A stretch of 10,533 bases of DNA, taken from NCBI GenBank assembly GCA_051294375.1, contig JBJCIZ010001054.1:1-10533 (forward strand). The letters run 5' to 3'. Below, one piece after another: positions 1 through 8,201 of the stretch. Each line of letters opens with the position of its first letter. Position 1 is the first letter of the stretch. Made by a program: the position numbers and the translations under genes. This stretch comes from Paraspadella gotoi (taxonomy: Eukaryota > Animalia > Chaetognatha). Below the pieces are notes generated by a model that ran no database searches, was not told the origin of the DNA, and saw only the letters and a program-made list of their open reading frames with translations.

Positions 1-375
1 AGTTCTGCCCGCGTTTCCATTTTTCCAATTCGTCCACCAAGGTAATATCATGTACTCGAGAGACCCGAATTTCGAAAAACGGGAAAAAACGCGACTTTNN
101 NNNNNNNNTTTACTTGAAGACGATTTGCAAATACGTCAAACAGGAACAACTCGAATTAAGTCCATGAACCAANNNNNNNNNNGAAATTTGGCGGCGATGA
201 TGAGAACACCTACTCGAAGCCAAAACCTCGACGCGACGACACAAAGACGACGCCGTCACCCAACTCGGAGGCATCGAAAAATAAGTTTATCTCCGGCGTC
301 GCCTTCGTAATGGAACCGGCCGCGATCCAGAGAAAAATCTCAATGGAAGTAAGTTTCACTTTCTTTTGCCGCTCT
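1..375 (-). pseudogene. BEL/Pao RNase H (Pfam Peptidase_A17-type region), degenerate
   Basis: KLTSIEIFLWI..PEINLFFDASELGDGVVF resembles L..I.IPRW..ELH.F.DAS..GYG.V.Y. After a frameshift, VLIIAAKF resembles LI.AKSR. CLTYLQIVFK* resembles WTDS.IVL.W, and SRFFPFFEIRVSRVHDIT resembles RF..FV.NRV..I...T. Four motifs occur in the correct order. Confidence 0.8.
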
Positions 376-584
376 ATGCCCGCTAAAGAGACGTATCTTC
401 GACAGAATTTGCTCCCAAACGAAGTCATCTCGCACGTTNNNNNNNNNNNNNNNNNNNNNNNNNNNNNNNNNNNNNNNNNNNNNAAAAGTCGCCGAATCTC
501 GCGGCAGAGCTGCTCGTTGTCGATCTTGATACGAAGACAGGTCGTTGATGAAATCTCGCGGAGCTCGGCGATCCATGGCCGCAG
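376..584 (-). pseudogene. pol linker between protease and RT
   Basis: Translates as LRPWIAELREISSTTCLRIKIDNEQLCREIRRL[N gap]NVRDDFVWEQILSKIRLFSGH. This resembles the BEL/Pao 'L...L.RFW..E ... S.ED..A......GHY.V.LPW' segment that precedes RT. Confidence 0.65.
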
Positions 585-851
585 NNNNNNNNNNNNNNNN
601 NNNNNNNNNNNNNNNNNNNNNNNNNNNNNNNNNNNNNNNNNNNNNNNNNNNNNNNNNNNNNNNNNNNNNNNNNNNNNNNNNNNNNNNNNNNNNNNNNNNN
701 NNNNNNNNNNNNNNNNNNNNNNNNNNNNNNNNNNNNNNNNNNNNNNNNNNNNNNNNNNNNNNNNNNNNNNNNNNNNNNNNNNNNNNNNNNNNNNNNNNNN
801 NNNNNNNNNNNNNNNNNNNNNNNNNNNNNNNNNNNNNNNNNNNNNNNNNNN

Positions 852-1091
852 NTCCTCCAGGTCCAGTTGGAACGCGTCGTCAACTGAAGAGATCTTTTAT
901 CTTTTCACCATTGGCCTAGGGAGTGTAGNNNNNNNNNNGAGAAGATTTTAAAACGAGACTAAGCTGTAGTTTTAATCACTTTGTAAGATGGACGTTTAAA
1001 ACGCAATATTTCTNNNNNNNNNNNNNNNNCGAAAGCTGCATCGTCGTCGACCAACGACGATCTAGATTAACGCCACAGGGCGGAAAACGTG
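852..1091 (-). pseudogene. Remnant of BEL/Pao aspartic protease region
   Basis: Fragments HVFRPVALI*IVV (from 1091), ..HLTK*LKLQ.. and KISSVDDAFQLDLEE lie in the expected position after the knuckles and resemble Pao protease flanking motifs. The catalytic D(S/T)G is not visible; it would fall near the N gap at 1014-1029. Confidence 0.5.
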
Positions 1092-1193
1092 CCTCCGCCC
1101 GGCGGCTATACAGCAAAGTCACGACGTCTTCTTGCACGACGCCCGATCCTGATTATCGGCGGCGCGTCGACGATTTTAATTTCCCGTTGCTCG

Positions 1194-3548
1194 TCAAATC
1201 GAACTAGCCCGGCGTCGTTTTCGCGGCATCCTTTTTTCCGGCGATGTCGAATCGTCCATATGAAGAAGAGGATGATGATTGAGACCACAAAAGCAACGCA
1301 ACTTTGAAGGGCAATTGTCGACTTGATGACCGCTTCCCAAACAGTTGAAGCAAAGGAAAGCGAGGCGTGTATTTGCGGCGATTGGCGGGATTCAATCGTT
1401 GAAACTGTGCACAGCTCCGCAAAAAAGTCGACCTCGTCACTTCTTTTGGCCCGGCATGGATAATGTAGACGGCTGCGCAGACGCCGAGTTCCCGCGGATG
1501 CAGGGACGGCAGCGGCGGACCTCGATGATCTTCTTTTCGAAGTTTTCTTCGCCGCGACGGCGTTAACCTTCGCCGCTGTCTTTGCTTTGTCCGTCGATGT
1601 AGAAACTTTTTCAGATTTTGCCGATAGCCTAGAATTGAGAATCTCATGGTTTTTAGAAAGAAAAAACAGGAAATCACGGAATGATAAATCATTCAGAGGG
1701 TGATGCTGTTTAAACAAAACCAATTTTCGCGCCCACTTATCTGAGAAATGTGCATCCTTTTCTCGAGAAGTCCGTCATTACGGCCGCTCGATCGAGATCC
1801 GCGAGACGACCAATCTTCGTCGCGAGTTTGAAAAGTTCTTGCAACGCGGTGAGAAGGTCGTGAAGAGCCGCGGGATCCCTCCGGTCGAGCTTCGGGCCAG
1901 AGAGGATCATCTCGATCATCTCTTCCACCGTCGTCCGCTCCAAACCCCATTTTCTCTTGAGAACGGCAAGGGCGTCGTCAAGAGCCGCGGAAGCGTCCGG
2001 TCGATATAAAATCGATCGACGGAACGCTTGGGAAGTCCATCGAACCAATGGGGTAGCTCCCTCAACTTCAAAGGATCAGTGGCGCCCTCCAACGCACAGA
2101 CGCTCACGTGAAAATCGCGAAGTTGACGTTCAAAGTCTAAACGCGACGAATTTTCGTCGACCCTGACATTTGGACGTCGCTGCTGAAGCATTTTGATGGC
2201 GAAATTTCGAGTTTGAATTCCTAAAAAACCGTCGCCTTTGCAGCTGAGCGAACGAAGGTTGTCTCGAACGGCGCCGTATCGGAGGATGGCGTCGTTTGAT
2301 TGCCACGAGACTTTCAAATCCAAAGCCGGCGTCTCGGCGTTCAACGCCGCAGCGGTAGGAACGCCGGCTGAAACGATAGACGGGGGATGGGGGGGAGGAT
2401 TCACTCCCCCTTCTCCTCTCGTCTCACGACGTGATCTTTCTATAAAAAGGTCCCTTATCGCGTCGCGCAGAAACTCCATGGTAATGACCGGCAGATGTGG
2501 CGACTCAGCGGCGGGCGGAGCGTCATCGGCTTCCGCTCCCACGCCCACCGCCTCCTCGCATCCAATTTCCGGTTCCGGTGAAGGCGTTTCTGTAGTCTGT
2601 AGGTCGTCGACGAGCTGATGGAGAGAGGGCTCAAGACGGGGGAAATTTCGATGNNNNNNNNNNAGACAATGCGTACACCCGTCTCCGTCGTTTCACGCAA
2701 CTCTCTCTTTCTAACCGATGCTTCTTGAAGAGTCGAATTAATCGCAGAAAAAACTGGCGCTTTTCCCTCGACGTCGACGCGAGACGCTTCATCAGAAACC
2801 GAGCCACTCTTGTTGATCTCGTTGGCGGCTTGTACGATGTCTGATTGAAGATTATGAACTCTCGTCGATCCAAGGCGTGCGACAGTCGCGGCCTCCGGAC
2901 CCTCTGGGCCCTGAAGCGGCGCAGTCGCAGTCGCGATGTCGATTGATAGGGTAGGGACGTTGACATTTCCCACGGCGCGCAGATTATCCTTTGACGCCGT
3001 AACGACGTCTGATGGAAATAAGACGGACGGCGATACTTTATCTCCAAGAGTCGATAGAGGCGGTGAGAACGGCCGAGCTGGACACCGGAATCCGCCGTCG
3101 GGATGGTTTGCAGCCGAAGAATTGGCACCCGGTAATTCGGGATCTCTGGAAACTCCGGCATCGTCGTCATCCTTGTTGCGACGAATCCAGAACGCCCTGT
3201 CGATGCAATGCTTCGAACCGATGATGCACGCTTCGACTTGATGAAATTCACTCGCGAATCGAGATAGCGGCGCTTCCCAAGGGCTTTGTGGAGACGCTGA
3301 AGGAAGTCCGACATAACTTCCAACGCCTCTTCCTTCCATCTACCTGCGGAGATCGCAGATCGGATTCGCTCGTAGATCGCTTTAACTACGTATCTGTCCG
3401 CGTTGGCATCCGCGATGTTCTCTTGCGTCGGGGCGATCTCAGCTCTGTCAAAAGACGCCACATAGGCCTTGATCGCCGTTTCGACGTTGAGGTTGATGAG
3501 GAAATCGATACAATCCGCAAGGGATCGGCTCGCAGGGACCTGAGCCAT
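1194..3548 (-). pseudogene. gag: BEL/Pao gag, broken by several frameshifts and a 10-N gap
   Basis: Can be stitched from consecutive minus frames: MAQVPASRSLADCIDFLINL.. (from 3548), a low-complexity P/S/A/D-rich spacer, ..LDFERQLRDF..DPLKLRELPHWFDGLPKR, then ..ALDDALAVLKRKWG..EMIEMILSGPKL..D..AL..L..LQEL, then HFSDKWARKLVLF..LSFRDFLFFL, then LRSCAQF..L....RRKY, then LCFNCLGSGHQVDNCPSKLRCFCGLNHHPLLH. The knuckle frame stops at 1196-1194. The start codon is an inference. Confidence 0.85.
1260..1355 (-). other. Gag nucleocapsid zinc knuckles LCFNCLGSGHQVDNCPSKLRCFCGLNHHPLLH
   Basis: Direct translation of the reverse complement of 1355-1260, a frame absent from the ORF track. CX2CX4HX4C followed by C-X-C...HH-X-LLH is the typical BEL/Pao gag C-terminus. 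The first knuckle (~1470-1400) is degenerate except for L..C..F. Confidence 0.93.
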
Positions 3549-3775
3549 GTCCGCTTTGAAGAAGTTTGTTTAGATATTCGGATGGCAAAGTTGGGAGAGG
3601 GGATACTGCCGGCGTCGAGAAGTGGTCGAATATTTTCCTCGTTTGCCGAACTAGCGCGGAAATAAATCCCGTCTTACAAACGATCGACAAAGTCCACGAA
3701 AAACGCCGAAAGGGGTGTTCCTTCAGAGGCTTCCGGACGCTTCGAGTTTCTCGATGAAGTTAATCACTGGTGCGC

Positions 3776-4284
3776 TTAAGTCTTCCCGTTCCTATTCGTT
3801 GCCGCTGATGTTTCGAGGCGGCGTTGAAGTCGAAGGAAGGCTTCGCGAAGTCGGTTGCAGCCGCAAAACGCGAAGACGAAGACGTAAAACGAGTCAAAAC
3901 CGGACTTCAATCTCGCTGCAACTGAGAGAAGGAGCGGCGATGCACAATCCGTCAAAGTATCTACAGACGATGACGGCGGGCGCGTCGTCCTTCCCGAGGA
4001 TCCCTAATCGCAATGAAAGCAGTCCCGAAGGCGCCGCCGGATCCTTACGTCCGATGGTCGATTGATCAAATCTTCCGTCGATGAAATCGTCAACTCGCTC
4101 GACACCTAGAGATCGACGCTGGCGAACTTCTTCCCGGCGGAATCCGCAAACTCCGCCGAGGCGTAGAGAGTCTTCGACGAAGTACTTGAGCGGGCACTCC
4201 GCAAACGAAGACTTCTAATGTTTCGAACTGAGTTCTGAGAGATGGTTTCCTTGACTTGCTAACTTTCTGAGCTAATTCTGCCAT
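3776..4284 (-). pseudogene. Possible extra ORF upstream of gag, unknown function (~170 aa if two frameshifts are bridged)
   Basis: ATG at 4284 (MAELAQKVSKSRKPSL..), then a stop-free frame 4214-3894 (ECPLKYFVEDSLRLGGVCGF..VDDFIDGRFD..IVCRYFDGLC..EIEVRF), then FDSFYVFVFAFCGCNRLREAFLRLQRRLE..* ending at 3776. Its GC/CpG-rich composition matches gag. Confidence 0.35.
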
Positions 4285-4386
4285 ATCAAGACGAGAGGAA
4301 TTCGTGATAAATGGCGCAGAAGAGACGATGGCGCCGGTCAAACCGCTCATGAGATGAGGACGACAATGTCTCGGCCAGAAGGCGAA

Positions 4387-4441
4387 GCCCAGGACTTGAC
4401 AAATAAATTGTAAGTGTTTTAGTAGGTTAGAAGTCCTGGGC
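4387..4441. other. Perfect 11-bp inverted repeat (hairpin) with 33-nt AT-rich loop in the element leader
   Basis: gcccaggactt (4387-4397) and aagtcctgggc (4431-4441) are exact reverse complements. Confidence 0.85.
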
Positions 4442-5208
4442 AAAATGAATACAAACAAACTCATTTAGTAGCATAACCTCTTACTCCAAAGCATCATCTA
4501 TAACACTCATCTCAATGCTTGGTCTATAAGAACTCTGTATATACTTCTCTATGTCGGAAAGCGACCAAATCAGTAGAGAGACCAAGGCGAGTTGCAGTCT
4601 GATCATCATACTAATAGATTCCAACTCATTCTCTATGTGATCATCCTAAAAATACGTCTTTCTAAATATTACTAAAAGATTCCCGTAAATCCTAATATCA
4701 TTGAAATAAGGTGCAATATACACTTATATCTATGATTAAGAGTACGTTGGTCACACTTCTGGTCGATAAATTACGTAAATTATAGAATCTATAAAAATCA
4801 GGCATAAACCAGAATTCCAGCAACTCTGACCAAGCAATCTGAACTCGGAATCTGAAATACCAATATAGTCTACATATACTTAAGGAGTCGCAGAGATAGA
4901 GAAAGCCCGAAAGATCGTCGCCCTGGCGATCACCTGGAAGAAAGTTGGTCATATTCCTCGGTGTCAGTCCAAAACACGTAGCACAAAAAAACAGAGCACT
5001 TTGCGTGGCAGAGGTGGAGAAGCTGACTTACGTCTCGAGTCGTAATATCAAAAGAGTTAGTATAGTTATACTATCGTCGAAAACTTAAAACTAAATGAAA
5101 ACGACTGAACTATTAGCTTATAATTAAAATAAGATAATATATGTAAATTGATTTAGTCACCGCTACATTTGAATTCCGTGTTCTTTTTAAATAACTGTAT
5201 TGAATAAC

Positions 5209-6024
5209 TGTTACCAGAGTCTAATTATGTCCGTATGCTTGGTCACCTGGATTAACTAGTCCAAGTTGAATGTCTATTCCGTAATTGACCTGGAGTTGAT
5301 TCCGGATTTTTCATCTTCAGATCATCCTTTAATAGTGCAAAATATGAGAGAGACACTCTAGAGATTTAGTTTGTTTAGTTAATCTGCAGTGATTTGATCA
5401 GTTAAATTGATTTAAGTGTAGACATAGTTAAATTAGGCAGTGTATTATATATTTTAATAAAAAAAAAAATAGCAAATAGGGTAAATAGAGGTATTATATT
5501 TGTTTTTTTTTTCATTAATATCTGTCGTATTGTACTTCGATGGTAGGGAAAGTGATGCGAGTATCACATGTCGCTAGACAAACTCCTACAAGTATTTATA
5601 GTAAAGATTTTTCAGAGATTATATAGAAGAGATGAATACATAGCTTGTTAACTCTTAGAAAGAATTTGGTTACAATTGGTATCTCATTTGTTAACTAACA
5701 AAATGGATATATAATAAAATATTTACTAAGTACACTTCCTAATAAAAGCAACCAACATATATGAGACTGAACTAATTTTTTTATAAATAAGAAGAAGCGA
5801 AAGTAAAAAGGAGAGAGTGTCTAAAGGGAAGGAAGCAGTGATGCATCATGCGCAAAACCTGATTTTGTAGAAGAGCGATCTCCACGGGACTAAAAAGATA
5901 GGGGAATTGGCAGCCGGAATGAGAGAGAGAGCAGGGGAGCGCGGGTCTTGTGGAAAGCATCAAAGTTCGAATCCGATATGGCACGCGCGCGAGGCGGAAA
6001 AATATCGATACGAGACTATCCACA
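5209..6024 (-). repeat. Candidate 5' LTR of the BEL/Pao element
   Basis: On the minus strand it starts TGTGGATAG.. at 6024 and ends ..GGTAACA at 5209 (alternative end ..AATACA at 5196). It contains a TATA-like TATTTATAAAA and a TTAGTTCAGT initiator-like motif, with ATTAAA at 5333-5328 about 120 nt before the end. The second LTR is outside the window, so the boundaries cannot be confirmed. Confidence 0.4.
5766..5789 (-). promoter_or_regulatory. TATA-like plus initiator-like (TTAGTTCAGT) motifs in the candidate LTR
   Basis: The minus strand reads TATTTATAAAAAAATTAGTTCAGT, pointing toward gag. The spacing is shorter than a canonical TATA-Inr distance. Confidence 0.3.
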
Positions 6025-7080
6025 TGCTATCAAGACACAAAACCTTTAACCTATAATAAGCTTATATAACTATGCCTCTAAATTTTGAAAAATTTATATT
6101 CATATGAATCGAGGCGCAAGCATCTTTTAATCACACAAAAATCTTGAGGCCGGAGGAGGCGTATTGACCTGAAATTATCTGTGTTGGGGTATGGGTGGGA
6201 TTTCAATCACGGATGAGGGCAACAAAGGAGAACAGAAGGAAGAGAAGATGAGGTCAGAATATTTCAAAAGGCGTAGGAGAATGAATCATGATAAGGTAAG
6301 TGCGCGAGTGTGAAAATTGATTATTTCTACACTTTGTTAATATAATACAGTATTAATTTGATTTGTAATAAATCCTGTACTATACTGACTCCTAAGCTAA
6401 TTTTACACTACCCTCGAGAAAGAGTAAGCGCAACATCTTGACTATGGGGTAGATCACGAAAAGAGTAGCGTGGCTTTCAGTCCTGACGACGAAGCTGGGT
6501 TGAGGGTGAAGCGCGATGCTGAAAACTATGAAAAACAGGCGCCTGAAAATAAAAAACATTTAAAAAGAAAAATAGGGATGAAATAAAGAGGCAATTTCTA
6601 TATTCCGTTATTTTTATTAGGTATAGTGATAACAACCGGGTTGGATTTGAAGGCAATAACGGCGAGGAGGATGAGAGAGAGTTTTTTCTTTTTTTTTCTT
6701 TTGTTTTTGAGTTTAAAAAATTTCGATTTTTTTTAAAAAAAATGGATGAAAAACGGAAAGTAAAAAAAATTGAAATACGAGAGGAGGTGAAAGTTTTTTT
6801 TTTTTTCTTGGTGATACTCGTCCGTTGGGGTTCAAACGCGACAATGTTTTCAAATCAAAAAAGTAAATGTATCTAACTTGTACTACATATTACTTTTTTT
6901 ACCACTCGTTTTTTACATTTTGGCACGAACTCTTTTATCTCTCTCCTCTTTCTCTCTTTCACTCTTTCTCTCTGTCTTTCTCGTGTGAGCTCATTCCTTT
7001 CTCCTTTAACTTTTTTTCCAGTCTTCCTTCAAATGCTCCCCCCTTCTTGTCTCTAGATTCTTGTTTCCAACTCATCTGAA

Positions 7081-7159
7081 CTCTCTCTTTTCTCTTCTCT
7101 CTCTCTCTCTCTCTCTTATCTCTCTCTCTCTCTCGTCTCCTCTCTCTCTCTCTCTCTCC
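7081..7159. repeat. Imperfect (CT)n microsatellite within a long pyrimidine-rich tract
   Basis: ctctctct runs with short interruptions are seen directly. Confidence 0.95.
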
Positions 7160-7800
7160 CCCTCCTTCCCTCCCACTTCTTTTCCGCAAATTCCTACAGT
7201 AAATCAAATCTGTTTCAATTTTCTGCGCCATTCCCTCCTTATCATGTTCCTTTATTACTCCTTTCCTTAGTAATTCTATTTTCCTATCGCCCTCCTTCTT
7301 TATTTATTTTTAACTCGCCTTTATATTTTTTTCTTTTCTTCTTCCCCCATAATTATATCATTATATTTTCCACCGTTCACTTTACCGACTTTCTTACTAT
7401 CTGCCTACCTCTTTCACCTTATAATCAACGTTTATCTCCGTTAAGTCGTTTTTTCCTATTCTCACATATTTCTGAGTTTTCTTCCACTACTTTTATCATC
7501 TATAAAATCTATTTTATTTCTATCCAATTTCCATCTGATCCCTATCTTCGATTGCATTAAATTTCCCCACCTCCGTTACTCTTTCTTTCCTCTCTCACTC
7601 TAAACTTACCCTCCCCCCTTTTCCCCCACCCACCCCTCTCCACTGCCTCCCAGCATACTGCGGCTTTCTTGTCTTAAAGGAATGAGCTTTTAGGGTGATA
7701 ATCAATCAATCACTTCTACCTTTGGAACCAACCAAAGCTTACCTCCGCAGAAAACGCAGCAGAGGGAGATTGCGAAGTAAAGCTTGCCAGCTTCGTCCTC

Positions 7801-7835
<35 letters not shown>

Positions 7836-7836
7836 C

Positions 7837-7870
<34 letters not shown>

Positions 7871-7880
7871 TCCTCTCTCC
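7801..7880. repeat. Imperfect (CT)n microsatellite
   Basis: About 80 nt of CT dinucleotides with a few interruptions. Confidence 0.95.
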
Positions 7881-8117
7881 TCCGGCTTCAACGAAAGTCA
7901 GCGACAAACTGACCCAAGATAATCAAAATTTCTTTTCTTTTCTCTTTTTTTATTATGTATTTTTTCTTCTTTTTTAGTCGGATTCTGCTTATTAGCAGAT
8001 CCCGACTCTATAATTCACTTCTGTCGGTCCGTCGGTCCGCCCCTTAATCTTGTCGGGCACTCACTTATATCATGTTAGGAACATCAGAATTATGATGAAT
8101 TATGCAAAAAAAATGAT

Positions 8118-8185
8118 GTCCGTCTGTCCGTCTATCCGTCTGTCCGTCTTCCGTCTGTCCGTCTGTCCGTTGTCCGTCCGTCCGT
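8118..8185 (+). repeat. (GTCC/GTCT)n tetranucleotide microsatellite
   Basis: gtccgtctgtccgtctatccgtctgtccgtc.. is seen directly. Confidence 0.95.
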
Positions 8186-8201
8186 TCCCACGCTTAGCAA
8201 A

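Larger units (their letters stand above)
99..2663. other. Assembly gaps (N runs at 99-108, 173-182, 439-483, 585-851, 929-938, 1014-1029, 2654-2663)
   Basis: Seen directly. Four gaps are exactly 10 N, which suggests placeholder gaps of unknown size. Confidence 0.97.
1..6024 (-). mobile_element. Decayed BEL/Pao-family LTR retrotransposon (candidate 5' LTR, leader, gag, PR, RT apparently deleted, RNase H); continues beyond the left window edge
   Basis: Manual minus-strand translation gives BEL/Pao-order motifs: capsid-like region, CX2CX4HX4C plus C.C...HH.LLH knuckles (1355-1260), protease-like remnant, DNEQL..IRRL/DD..W....GH pre-RT segment, and RNase H 'LFFDASELG' (DAS at 275-267). The right boundary is inferred from a candidate LTR and is much less certain than the family call. 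Confidence 0.88.

Noticed and set aside
1106-1400. Apparent transmembrane helix (CVAFVVSIIILFFIW) in ORF 1106-1723, suggesting an env-like or membrane protein
   Set aside because: It is an out-of-frame reading of the zinc-knuckle codons; the conserved frame is LCFNC..HHPLLH.
2750-2800. Minus-strand CTGATGA..GAAA resembling a hammerhead ribozyme core
   Set aside because: No proper stem II closes onto GAAA, stems I and III are absent, and it lies inside gag coding sequence.
50-4065. Plus-strand ORFs over the element (e.g. 310-951, 2238-2618, 2936-3241, 3288-3665, 3715-4065)
   Set aside because: They are antisense shadows of GC-rich gag-pol or run through N gaps, and have no recognisable motifs.
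5905-5980. GTTCGAATCC (B-box/T-loop-like) with a weak upstream TGGCAGCCGG
   Set aside because: The flanks do not pair into a T-stem and there is no cloverleaf, so it is not supportable as a tRNA or SINE.
6240-6590. Possible plus-strand mini-exons (..MNHDK|GTAAGT at 6296; TTTCAG|..PDDEAGLRVKRDAENYEK..*)
   Set aside because: The phases of the longer open frames are incompatible, the peptides are short and have no recognisable homology, and purine-rich DNA gives such K/E/R-rich frames by chance.
6488-7797. 11-bp inverted match gacgaagctgg (6488) / ccagcttcgtc (7787) as possible TIRs
   Set aside because: The similarity does not extend and no target-site duplication is visible; likely chance.
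6867-7922. ORFs rich in SL or RE dipeptides
   Set aside because: They are translations of (CT)n/(AG)n microsatellites.
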